Assembly: GCA_051362555.1 (NCBI GenBank)
Contig: CM120640.1
Span: 34,987,967 to 35,051,966 of the forward strand
From: Lingula anatina
Taxonomy: Eukaryota; Animalia; Brachiopoda
Direction of reading: 5' to 3'
DNA length: 64,000 bases
The translations under genes and the position numbers were made by a program. The notes under the pieces were generated by a model. It ran no database searches. It was not told the DNA's origin and saw only the letters and a program-made list of their open reading frames with translations. Below, piece by piece: positions 1-13,313 of the stretch; position 1 is the first letter of the stretch; every line of letters begins with the position of its first letter.

Positions 1-588
1 AACTTAGTAAAAATGTGTTTTTCCTTCCAAGTAATAACTGTTGGAATTTTATGTTGTATTAAATGTAGAAAAAGCCATATCCTGAAAAAAATTCACAGCA
101 CTTTATGGTTAAAATGAAACAAAAACAATGGCAGATACATGGTATTTTGAAAGGGTGTCACATTTTGGAATTCTTTGCAGTTTGGAGTATTTTTGTGATT
201 TTTAAAATTTTGTGATATCAGAGTGAGTCTCTATCGATTTTTTCTGCGGTGGTGTGGGGTGAGAGTTTCTAGATCTGCCGTTGTTTTTGTTTAAAAAATG
301 ATATTAAAAATCTTTTTGTAGTTTTTATTTTAAAAAAATTGTTTAATATTATAACAAGATCAAACATTAGTCAAGTAGTTCAATAGATTGTTTATTTATC
401 AAATTAAACTTGAGTGAGTCATTATGTAAATATCAATATTTTTGTATTACATATTTGAATATTCAAAACTTATTGTGATTAAAATATATTACCAAATTTT
501 TTTAACAAGTGGATGTTTGAAAGTATGAGAATACATCAATGGCAGTATGTTTTGCTCCAAATAAAATACTTTACAATTACATATAAAT

Positions 589-975
589 TGGCTTAGTGTT
601 TTCATTGGCTCGGGGGAACTCTAAGGGTGGGGATTCGATTCGGGTACTTGGAACATATTAAATTCTTTCCAGAAGGGCTTTTAAAAATTTCCCTTGCTTA
701 CTATAAAAGGAAAGTCTACCAGGGGTGGGTGGGTGGGAACACTTAGGAGAGTGGATAGCACGCGCGACTCGGACACAGCAAGACTTGGGTTCGAAACCTG
801 GCGCTTCTAGGTCCCAGCAAATTACCTTTTACAAAAAAATACCAAATGAGTAATTTAAACCGAGATAAGAAGGCCCTATACGACTAAAAGAAAGCAAGCA
901 GAGTCCGTGGCGCAATAGGTAAGACGGCAGAACAGTGAGTAGGAGGTAAAGGGTTCGAGGTGACCAGGGGGAAGA
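589..975 (+). other. Three degenerate tRNA-like Pol III promoter units (A box + B box)
   Basis: A/B pairs: TGGCTTAGTG(589)/GATTCGATTC(632); TAGGAGAGTGG(744)/GGTTCGAAACC(788); TGGCGCAATAGG(908)/GGTTCGAGG(952). No convincing cloverleaf. Confidence 0.55.
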
Positions 976-3900
976 ATTTCTTTTGCAAGTTTTGAACGAA
1001 GTAGAGCATTTGTACGTTTATTATTGTCAAAATGAATTATTTACAACATTAAATTTTTACAAAAAAATAATGAAAATGTAACATTTTGTGATCTAAATTA
1101 ATAAACATTAAATTTTAACAGAAAAAAGTATATATCTGTAAACATGATCGAAGATTTTATGCATTTTGAACATTGTTACATTGTATAAGCATTATGAAAA
1201 AATAAATTCAAGATCGTAACATTTGAAAGACTTTGACAAGAACTGATAAGAGACACAATGGATTTTTTTAATAAATTGTACTTGGCAACTATTTGTCAAA
1301 GTTGACATTAGTGCCCTGTTTGTATCGTATTCCATCAAAATATTTCCGTCCCAATTTAGAGGTTGTAACAATTTTAAAAATGCAAATAATCTGCTGAAAG
1401 CGTCATTAATGCACTAACGCACACGAGCATGTAGACATACCTTGTCCTATGTCGTCTCGTTGATGTTTGTATACTAAATCGAACAGTAGCCAAAATTTCT
1501 TCATGTTTGTAAGATTTCTGGTTGTTTTGCTAATTAATATTTTTTTTTAAATTTTGTTTCCTTTGCACTAAATCCGAAACAAATATTATACATGGTGTAA
1601 ATGTGGATGAAAATGCACACTTGAAAAGCATGGGAATCAGGAGCGACATAAAGACATGACCGGTTTACAAGATTATCCAAGTCTTTGCCAACAGAATAAT
1701 ATACACACAAAACTGAAAAGGTTACGCAAAAATCAGTACACTTGAAGTGGCTTTTCATATTCCCTGAAAATTAACTCTGGTTCTCAGTGATGACACAAAG
1801 CACAAATAACACAACATGGGCATGCAGGACTGATATCTAACCAAGCCTGTCCTTCTCAATCACACCTTGTTCCCAAAAAAGATTAAATGTATAAGAATTC
1901 AGAACAACTTTTTTTAGAATGCTCCTCTGCACATTTAAGGCATGTTTTTCACTTTAAAGATTCAAACCAAACGAAGTATTAAGGTTTACATACACTTTGG
2001 TAGAATATCGAATTTGTCATTTAGAGGAACAAAATACTTTGAAATAACATTTTAGATGATAATAATTCCGTAAAATTCTTAAACAACTGACCAAATTGTT
2101 AGAATAGATTTTAGTGTAACAAATGAAATAATGAATGTTTTAATCTAATTTTAAAATATATATAGATTTTGTTTAAGAATTATTAATTTTTCACTATCTT
2201 TTTGAGAAAAAAATTGACAAAAGTTGACGGTGTAAAAATTCATCGAATGCTTTCAGAATACTCATTACTTCCCGAAAATTGGGCTTTGCGACAGCTCAAT
2301 ATAAAATGCAAAGGCTATGATTAATGTCAGTCCCACAGAAACATTTTAATGGACAAACGATATCTAAATGAAGTCCATCCCCCATTTTTGTTTTTCGAAA
2401 CTTCTCTAATGTAATACAAGTCATAAACGGTATATGAATGATCACAATCCTGGGAAATTTTTGTGGCCAAGTATAGTAACAATTTTCTTATACGCAACAA
2501 AGATTTACATTCTAGTACTACAATATTTTAATAATTAAAAATTAGTTCTTATTTCGGATGGCAATCTTTACCCCACCCCATGGCTTAACTTTGTTCCAGA
2601 AAACAGATATTTGAGCCCCGTCCAGCACTAAAAACACCGAGAACCAGAAGAAATTTATTCACAGCCACAGTGCCATACTCATAATTGTTAAAAGATCGTC
2701 ATAGTACATGTGGACAATTCTGCAGAAACGTGGGCACATTTTGCCCGTTACATAATGTTGGGATTTCTAAGGCGTAATACGTTTTATAAACAGTGTCTTT
2801 TGTAGATTTACATCTCTTACTTTTTTTTCGAATGAGCACACGATAAATGTAATTAAAAGTTGCCTTTATGCATTTTACCTAATGTGGTTGCAATGTCTTT
2901 CCTTCCTAGAAGTCAACATCATTCAAAATGAATAAGAGTAGATCTTCAATACTAAGAGAGATGTTTGCAGATTTGCCCACACATATATTCAGTGACGAAT
3001 AGAAAACATCTCTTTTTGGAAATTAATATATGATAATTATAAAACAATCACATTATCATTTTATACAGACATTATTTCTGTGAAATGAGAACTTCAAAGC
3101 TAACGTTTCAGGTTCGAAAAGGGAAGGGTATCAACCCCGACCCAAAAGAATACATAAATTACCACCATGATCGGATAGAGCACTGTACTACGGAGTAACA
3201 TACAATTAGCAAAAGAAGCAAACCAGCATCATGCAGGGCGGACGTTTAGTATGGTTTAATTTCTATGAGAAGTTTAATAATTAAAAAGCTTATTTTATTC
3301 CTCTTTTCATTTGATATACGTTTTGGAGCAGAAAGTTACAACCAAAAGCAAACATAACATTCCGTACTAAATGTCGTCCCTGCAAATTGACAAGAAGACA
3401 AACGTCGACAAAGGAGGCAATCTTGGCATGGGTGTGGGGCTGTATGTGTCGAACACAAAGCGTGTCTCCGAGTAGAACGCATCTGGGTTCTTCGTAAACG
3501 GTACTTGGAGTCACTGGAACTAAAGGAATAAATTCACATTCATGAAACAATGTCTAAAGCTCTGATAAAGCATTACGTGTTCATTACAGCAATTCGTGTC
3601 AGTATCCTTTGCGTCATTATTAACAAATCGCAATTAAGCTTTAGAATTATACAAATATATATATGTTCATATTGAACCCTCATGGAAAGCTAATGATATC
3701 AGAAACAAAAAAAGGTGCCCAAAAGACACTGAGAGAAAGCTAAGAGAAAGCATCCTTCACGTCAATTATATGTCCTCATGGTCTTTATGCCTCGACTGCA
3801 CCATTTCGGGGAAAATATCGTCATTGCAAAACTAAGAGATACTACAATACATTTTCTATCATCTGTACGGAACTTACGAGATTTTCTACCGGTTTTAGTG

Positions 3901-4148
3901 CCATCTTTTGGGCCTACATGTGGCAGTAACAGTAATATGGCATGGGACATCCTTCTTCTCCATCTTCTACTGACCTTGGTCCTGTCTGAGTACCTCTCAC
4001 CAAAAACGCTCACCTGATTTACATCATAATGAAGAAGTCACCTACTTTCCGCGCGGACGCTTCGGTTTGAATTATAACTTCTGGTTTATGAGAAGGCACA
4101 ATAAATCTCCATCTCAAAAAGAGGAAAAGGGGTTGATAAAACCATAAT

Positions 4149-4149
<1 letters not shown>

Positions 4150-4183
<34 letters not shown>
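4150..4183. repeat. (CA)n microsatellite
   Basis: Direct reading. Confidence 0.95.
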
Positions 4184-4184
<1 letters not shown>

Positions 4185-5571
4185 AAAAATAGATAAATAA
4201 ATATTAAAACGCATTTTCAAAGTCAACATAGTCGATTGCGTGATTGGGCATATTGATCAGCTTTTATAGGTCGAATGAACGAACTGGGGCGGGATTGTGA
4301 TAGAAAAGACAGGATTTTAATTTAATCATACGGTACAGTGTGACCCCAAGATTATTAATATTTTTTACTATCTTTCTGTCAATCTTTCTGTCTTTCTTTA
4401 TACTCCTTGGAACATAGAGAGAGACTTTTAAAGGAAAACGTTTAAGTTTCACACGTTTATCAAATTGCCTTGTATGTTACATCCATAGGAAACTCCGCAA
4501 AAACGATTCTGATTTCTCAAATCGTTTTTGAAATACCAAACTGTTTTCTAGTTTTCAGGTGCATTTTTGAAAAAAAAAAAACTTCTGGCTGTCAGATTCG
4601 TTTTTGGAAGACATTAGACACTAACTTTAGCACCCCCAGAAAAGCCCTGTGTGAACACAGTGTAACTATTGCTTTCCGCAGAGTAGAGTGAAAGTGCATG
4701 CTAAATATTACGGTCATTTTCGCCGACATTTTAAAGGCAATTGGATGATTAATTTAAAACAAATTCATCTATTATAAAGCATCTGCTACAGTTTTACTTT
4801 GACAATACTTTGACGACAGTATAACGGCGAATGGAGTTTGTCTCAACACGTTGGTAAATTGCCTTGCGAAGCTATAAATGACACGATCAAAACCTTCATT
4901 CTACGCCTTAATTGTCACCCATCTCTTTGCATTGCATAACTCGAGCCGGTTAAACTACCGGTTGGTCTGCACAAGTACACTAGAAATGCGACCGAAAGCT
5001 GTCTGACTTATCTTCCCTGAAAACTTCCAGATAGAATTAAAAACCTTTCTTATTTTTAAACATGGACATCTTTTTATCATAAAAAAAAGCATTTTATTTG
5101 CATTTATACCTTTTCTTTTAAAAAATAAATTACTGATATATCTGAAATTCCATCTTAACATTTGTAAAGTCTATTGAACACTTTGAACTATTTCAGAGTG
5201 TAAATGAAAATTATTATTATTATTATTATGATTGTTGTTGTTGTTGTTATCAGGTCCTCTTTGAAGGCGTGGAAAAGGTGAACTTGAGGAAACTGCGAAA
5301 CTTGATTGTGCCTTTTAATCTGAGAAATAATCTCGACCATTCTCAAAAAATCTTATTTCTACAGTATAACTCATAACTAAAATATACATATCAGCCTTTG
5401 CAGTAAAATTAAAAGCAATATTTACATCATTTATCACAAATGGTTTCTTTTCCTTAAAAATAATATTAAGTTTTCGAAACCTTGTCAATTCATTGTTAAA
5501 ACAAGTTATTAGAACTATATATATCATTTTGACATAGGGCTTTTTAACGATAAAATTGATTCAGCAGTTTC

Positions 5572-8564
5572 TCAATTCAACAGATAGGCGCACCAGTATA
5601 CGGCATTAAAAATGGCAAAAGCAGATGTGAATATCACCCTGGAAGCTCTGTCCAAGTTATCGGCATTCCATTTGGATTCTAGCGGCGTAAAGTCCAAGGT
5701 AGGCATATCTACATGGTGTTTCTTGGAGGTGAGAGGGATGATTTCTGCACCTAGGATTGCTGTTGGAACTCCATTCACGTTCTTCTCACAGGCGCTACTC
5801 TGAAACTAATTTTGTAGAAAAAGGACATATAAATATAGGCCTACATGTACGGCCCAGCATCAATATTAATACGTGTCTATTTATGAACTTAGTTTTCGGC
5901 TGGAACATCATCATGTATGCAAAAGAATGGCGTTCCTATCTGATATATCAGACTGACCGGGCTTTTTATACGATCAGCTGTCAATGTAAATATCTCAGTT
6001 TTGACTTAAAAGAGGACTGTTTGCCATTGGCTGACGCACAAATCGCTTGCGCTCATACTCGGTACATATGTGTAGCATTTTCAGAAGCATGGAATTTACA
6101 CATGTAACACCGTTCTTTCATTGTTCGTTGCAAATATTTTCAATTTTTAAATATGTACTGTACTTACTGCCTTAAGGATGTTGGAATTGGGTTCGGGTCT
6201 CGCCGCCTTTTCTTTCTGCCTCGCTGTTCTCTGAAGTAACATGTTAGCCACTGCATACTCCAACATGGACGTCACGACAAATATGAGACACGTGGTCAGC
6301 CAGACATCGACAGCTTTTATATACGAAACTCGGGGCAGCCTGTGTTGCATGTTGACCCCCTGCGTCGATATTGTGAGCACAGTGATGACCCCTATCGACA
6401 CCCGGGCGGGCGTGGCACGGGGGTCTATCCAGAAGTTTATAAAAGAAATCAGTACGACGACTATTGTTGGGATGTAGATGTCGAGGATATAAAATTGAAT
6501 GTCTCTGATTAGGCCAAATTCGGCGTAGATGCAAGTGTATTCTCCTGTAATTAAAAAATTAAAAGATTATGATTTTTAATTAGCAGTCGCTAATACTGAC
6601 AGAGACGATAGACTTCCAATTGATACTAGATGTAAAAACTACTTTTTCATATAAATTGCCCACTTTGGAAAAATTACGCATCCCTTCAACTCCATTTGTC
6701 TCCATCTGGGCGTGTGTTGAAGCATTAGAATACGTTTTAATGAAGTATGGATAATATAAAATTAATAAGGCATGGATTGAAATTGGCAAAAGATATAAAT
6801 TAGTTTCATAAATCGCTTTACACTTTTTTAATAAGAACAATGTACCTGTTACTGTTTTGCTCTTACAATACTTTGACGATCCCCTCTTTAGTGTAAATTC
6901 TGGCAGATAGAGATCGTGTGGTCGCTGGATTGGATCCGTACTCCATATAAAATTCAGTTCGTCAGTAGTGTACGCGTCTGGAAAAGAGAATTAAGCTAAA
7001 GTAAGCGCTTTTTATATGAAATTATTATTATCTAAGAACGATTCTCACTTAGGAAATATAATATCATGTCTTATCTTAATATTTACACTAAAGCATCAAT
7101 TCTAGGAGGTTCATACTTGTGGCAAATTGTTTTATTTCAATACACTTTATGAAATTAGAAATTTTAAGAAAAGATTATCTACTAAGATATTTTGATGATA
7201 AACTGTAACACCTGCCACTTATAAAATAAAAGGGAAAATATATGTGATGGAATATTGGAACTCACAGCTGCGCATTTCTATTTTACACGTCTGGTTGTCC
7301 ATGGGGAACTTTAAGAAGTCATACAGACAGGCCAGCTTCAGCTTGATCCTGTACTGGAAAAATGCCATTTTTTAAACTTACACAAATTCAATAGTATCTT
7401 TTTTCTGTTACTAGATACCTTACATGACAGGAGAGCAAGTGAAAGTGATACTCCTAAATGGTGGAAAAAAACGGGAGAACTTCATTCATTTTATACATTT
7501 TAAAATTTAAAATCGTTACCAGGTGCATTTTGTAGTTCGCACGTGTGCGTGCATGTCTGTTTGCAATGTTTGCGTTCGTGCGTGCGCGTTGTTCCCACCA
7601 ATCCAATCATTTTATTTAGTTTTAAAAAATATGAGTGCACGACGTACCTCTGTGAATAAAGCACATCTCCGGACGGTGAGATTCTCACCAGGACATTGGG
7701 GGTCGTAATATCGTGTCTCCACGCGTGTTTCTCGTTGGCAAAGAAAAGGTCGGGCACCCATATGTCTTTCAGGATCTTGTCAGACAGCGTGAACGCTGTC
7801 GTTCGGTTGAGGTTAAAAGTCTTGAATGCAAGACGCGGGTCGTTCCAATATTGGCGGAGGATGAGATCTACCGAGAAATCCTATATAAGAAATAAAAGTT
7901 TAAAAATTTTATCCAAATACAAAACTTCTACGTTATAGTGAGCGTGTGAGTTGGTACATGCACATGAAGCTGTTATCTTCCTTTAAAAGTCAGCTACATG
8001 TGCAGACTAATGCAGACTATTCTACATGTAGCAGACTATTTGTATTTTTTCACTATTAGTCACGTTTTTTTTACCTTTCTGTTTTGTAAAGAAAGATATA
8101 TATTTAACTCGACTTCTGCATGTTCAGTCACGATGTATGGTTTTGTTTGAAAAAAGGAAACTTTAGGGGTAAATAATGTGCATTATAATGGCATTACCAT
8201 GGCCGCATCGTTGAATTCACCAAATGCATTTAACATTATCTGCACTGTCACGTTTGTTGGCTTTCCTAAAAAATAATACAAATGAGGCTATAACACTACC
8301 AAGCATGGTGTAACAAGCACATGCCTGCAAGATAAAATTCGCAACACTAACATAATTTACTTTCTTTTAGAAAGTTTGCTATAGTTGCTTATTGTGTCTA
8401 GTTATTACCGTGAGACTTATTATGGTATTACACTAGAACAGGTGCTTTGAATGGTAAAGACATTAAATATTACGTGATAAAAGATAACTTGCAGAGGCAG
8501 AGTTAAACAAATTGTTGGCAAGCAATACGCTAATTTAAAACTCTCAAATAGCTTTTTGATACCT

Positions 8565-8614
<50 letters not shown>

Positions 8615-10517
8615 ACACCAAAGAGAAGTATCTCTACATCACTTTGCTCTCTCTCTCACACACACACACGCACGTGCACTCATACACACACCTTCAGCTA
8701 GGTGGGGTCTCAGGCGGCCGTCATGATTGGCACCGGATAAAACGTGGTTCAGAAAAGCGTGTCTCTCCCTCTCCTTTGAAAATCTGCAAAAAAATTAATT
8801 TCTCGTGAATTCTCAATACTATTTTCTAATAAAAATGAAGGCCTTATTCAATATTGTTAGGAAATTTGACTGAAAGGACATATATAATTTTTATCAATGT
8901 ATTTATATCCTTTCAGCCGAGACGTCTTTATATTGCATGCGGGAAATACTTATTGTAATATTTTAATGCACAAATTATCATTTTATCATTCAGACAAAAA
9001 CACATTCATTACATCCTTTTGAAAGGTTATTATTCCCCCTCTCTCGGTAATAAGTTTCTATATTGCATTGTACGTTATTAAGAAAACATTACCAATCTTT
9101 ATATTGCACTCTAGATACCACACAGGTGTCCGTGAGTCATCCATCGTTCTTTAAGTTAAGTTTGAATACACAATACTCTAGTTGATTTTATCTGTTAAAT
9201 AATCACAATTCATAATGACACATTGATTTTTTTTTTGTTTTTTTTCACTAGATATTCACTGATATGTCTCTGGATAATTCATGGTACATAGAGAAAAGTG
9301 CACATAATTAATCTGCGGCCCTGAAATAGGGTAGGCGCATGTTGTCTCGATGAGAAAAATTGCGAAGTTACATGTAGCTCTAATATAAGGTAGATGGTGA
9401 TACCACGCAATACCCATACATTTTAAATAAGTGGGAACAGTGCGACAGCTAAGGTTTTCGCATTTAATTGACCCTCTAACAGATTAGCCGATAACATATT
9501 AACATGCAAGAAACTATATCTTTCTCAACAAAGGGATTTTCCGCCTTTGGGCGAGGTGAAGGATTTTTCGAAAATGAATCATTACACCCACGTGCAACAC
9601 GATGTAACATGATGAAATATAACCTGCTTAGGCCTAATATGTATTGCTATTACGTTTATCTCTGGTATATACATGTAAGTGCATTTTGATAAAACTAAAG
9701 TTAAAACTATCAATTAAGTAAATTGATCATATTTCAGTTTTAGTTTTGCTAAACTTTTTCATCTTTTGATCGAGAACCTTCTACCCGCTTTCGTGGGAAA
9801 CAGACGCTGCATGAGATCACGTTCTAAACGAATATTAACGAGACCTAGAAGTGCAATATGCGACCCGGGCATTGATGTTTACTAATTACTTTCATGCTTT
9901 AAAGTTTTTGTGTTTTCGTGCCTAGAGTTGCATAACAAAAGTCAAAACCAGATTCAAAATATTTTGACTGGAGAGAAAGTGAACGTTATATAACGTGATA
10001 ATATGCCTTGTCATATAAATTTTAAACTGCAGTCTGAAACAACAGCCATCTTCATATTCTCAAATAAATATAGGCCCTATATATTTTTTAAAAATTCACA
10101 AGTCTGTAAAAAGAGTAAGTTCCTTGTCAAAGGCGTTTCATCAATCGAGACAGTGTTCTTAAGTTTTAACGCCTTATGAAAAATAATGGCCGAAGCGATT
10201 AATCATATGTCTAAATTTGAACACATCTCGTCTTGTGAAGGGCCAATATAACTTTGACGGGGTCCTATATTAACGTATTATTATGTCACGCATTTTAATC
10301 ATTTGCCCCTAGAATAACACAGGCAGACAAGACAGACTCCATGAAGACATTAACAGTAAGTGCTGACATCGCTACAGGGTACACACTAAATTTTATAACT
10401 GTTAAAATCAAAGGCCACTTACTTTCTCCGCAAACGTGTCTCTCTCGATTCAACGAACAGCGTCATCGATGTCATCATCATTACAACTGCCACCTGCAGC
10501 AAAGTAAAGAGTTGCAT
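5572..10517 (-). CDS. Cys-loop ligand-gated chloride channel subunit, paralog 1 (GlyR/GluCl-like), 8 coding exons, ~435 aa
   Basis: Exons, all GT-AG and phase-compatible: 10517-10423 (signal peptide MQLFTLLQVAVVMMMTSMTLFVES), 8783-8692 (HDGRLRP), 8265-8198, 7880-7648 (LRQYWNDPRL; WVPDLFFANEK), 7348-7266 (Cys-loop CLYDFLKFPMDNQTC), 6977-6846, 6544-6168 (M1-M3, PARVSIGVITVLTISTQ, PRVSYIKAVDVW), 5799-5572 (M4, stop). Sum 1308 nt, open frame. The PAR motif before M2 marks anion selectivity. Confidence 0.93.
8566..8618. repeat. Compound (CT)n(CA)n microsatellite
   Basis: Direct reading. Confidence 0.9.
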
Positions 10518-12957
10518 TTTCCTCCTTTCACGCTTACGATTTCCTCCCGAACAGCGATCCCAGAGTTCTACAGTGTCTAGGATTCCGAAACCAGCAAGGC
10601 TGTCTCTACACTTCAGCTATTTGTCGTGTTAGTGATAGTAACAAAGAGCGAAAAAAAAAACGGAAGGCGGAAATGTAATAGAACCGCAGGTGTAGGCTGA
10701 AGTCAGCGACGGTAACACGCTATGCTGTGTCTCCGGTGTGAGTGGCCCGCTGCGGATTTCACGGCGACACCTAGAGACCTACGTGATACATATCAATCTG
10801 AGAATGAAAAAAAAAACGAGGTCTAGGGCTAACAAACTCTTTTTGGGTTTCTCGGGATTTTAAGCTGAATTCTAACCGAAGGAGTATTACAAATGAATTA
10901 ATAATTAGAATCTGTTATTCATTCATGTATTCTCTGGGCAAATCTAGGATGCCACGAAGGAAGTGTGGTCTACATGAAAAAATATGGGCGGTGTAAGACA
11001 CGCCTCTCACTTAATCCTATAAAATCATTAGGCTTTTCTTTTAAGACATCTTCTTTTTCAGGTCCACCGGACCTTACAGGTAAAAAAAGACCATTGAATT
11101 GAATTGGATTTCTTAGTATGTTAATGCAACCCACATCCTATTTCATTCAAAGTTTTAGAATATAAAAGAGAAGAGAAAAAGTAACAAGAAATCACCGCGA
11201 CAAGGCCAGAACAATAATTTCCGATGTTGATGAATCTATACACATTCTGACAAGTTGCATTGCAGCGTGAAGAAGAAAAACCCTGTAAGACATTTGATAA
11301 GAAAAGTGTGGCCTTAAAGAGTCCCAATCATATGATTTCATGGTGTAATGACCTTAACACAAGTTACCACGAGTTCAAATTTTTCAACATTTCACAATAT
11401 GTAGTGTGGTCTATCGGCCCGTCTGTACTGCTTTCTTCTTTTTCCAACATCTAAGCAAGCACTGGTCGTTGAAATGAAAAATACGATGGAGTTCATATAT
11501 GCAACCTTTTCAGCTCTGAAACAGGCAAAAATATTGGATCAAATATTTAAGGCTTAAGATTGACGTTATTTTTTTACAAAAATGAAGTAAATATATATCA
11601 CTGTTTTTATTATTATTAGCTAAAAAGCATTCGCTAACTTATCTGTATAGAATTGTACTGTGCAGCTCAAATTTGTTGTGGGATCTGATTCAGTGCACGC
11701 AATGGCAACTAAATTACAATTGTTTTACAATTTAATGGATGGTTGAACTTTCTCGACCTAAAAACATGTAACTTAACCTCTTTGTGGTTTATATACGAGA
11801 GCTTGAAACTTTGCGGTAAGATTCTCCTATATAATGTGGTCAACATTACTAATTATGACGGAACTTCAGGGGTCAGTTTACCACTACGCACTTCAGGATA
11901 TTACCTATTAACAGCCTCCTATTTTTAGACAGCACGAATGTCTACACATATCAGGATTTTCCAGTTAAATTATAGAAAAACGGCAGTCATAGATCTTGAG
12001 GCTTTGAATTGTAATGAGTCAACTGTCGTTCGCTATCAACTAGACAAGTTTTTTTTCTTTTTTTTTTTTTTTTTGGTGAATCAAAATACTTCGATGCAAA
12101 ACATTCGCGATTTAACTCACATCAAGCAGTTAAACGTGTATTAAATCAATTTAAAAAAAAACTTAACAAAATTCTAATGTTATTCCATTTTATAAGGCAT
12201 GGCTAAAAGAATGCCTCCCCAAAATGATAAATGTATTATGAGTAAACAAGAATATTGCTTTCATACTCAGCATCCAAATACCAAAAAAAGGTAATCATGA
12301 TTGCAAGGCAACTTAACACACATCGCCTCTTCTTCCATTAAAATGAATAAATATTTATGTCAGTCAACTGGAAAAGCTGCAAACAAACACAAATATCGGC
12401 CTTGTGGAACCTATATTACTTCAATAACGACTTTTTAATACTCAGTAGTGAGTCATTACTCCAGTCTCTTCAAAAAGGAGCTAAAATATCTGCACAGTTC
12501 AACTGGGTTGCGAGTAATGTGCATAACGAAGAAAAAAAACTTGCATCGCCCCTTTTTGAAATTCGGATCCTATTTTCAAAGTTTTCACAAAGATGTGATT
12601 CTCTTTACAAAACAAACACAGCCATCTTTCTCTCTCTACTGGGTATACATGTATATACAGCACCTGCGCCAAGAACTGTATTTCTCGCTTTGAGACGTCA
12701 AACGTTCTCTATGAGAAGTAAGGACTTCCCATTAAAGAGTGTGGCTAATTTGTGTGAAAATGACGATGGTCAGTTATACACGCATATATACACGCATAAT
12801 TTCAGATTCGACCCGCGACTGCCTTGTGATTCAGCAAGAACAGCTAGAACTAATAAAACTGCGTTCCATTTGTAATTGCAAGTGTTTGTTGTCCTATTTG
12901 CACTCTTGCAAAAAGTTAAAATCAAGACATACACACATATACATATACATATACATC

Positions 12958-13259
12958 TTAATCCGACAAAAGCAGCAAGTAGAGGCACCAATACAAGACA
13001 TTGAATACCAGAAATCCAATGCCGAACAGAAATTTGGCAGCGTTGTCCACCTCCTCCGCGGTCCATCCCGTTTTTTTACATTTCACGCCCTCTACAGCAA
13101 GACGATGGTCGAGATCAGAATCTGTACCTAAACTGTTCTTACTCTGTACACTGGGAGACAAGCCATTGCCGTCACGCTGGTTTGTTTCGGTTTCCGTCCG
13201 GCCGCCTTTACACTCGCACAGATTCTTGTCTATTGATCCGCGGTACTGCAATAGAAAAC

Positions 13260-13313
<54 letters not shown>

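Noticed and set aside
901-975. Functional tRNA gene
   Set aside because: A and B boxes are present, but I cannot fold convincing acceptor and T stems, so it is reported only as tRNA-like.
3330-4060. Small Cys-rich peptide gene or 5' exon on the minus strand (donor-like CAG|GTGAGC at ~4013)
   Set aside because: No consistent start, signal peptide or exon chain could be assembled.
12357-12875. 172-aa + strand ORF
   Set aside because: No recognisable motif. It lies antisense to the 3' flank of channel 2 and is probably a chance ORF or repeat-derived.
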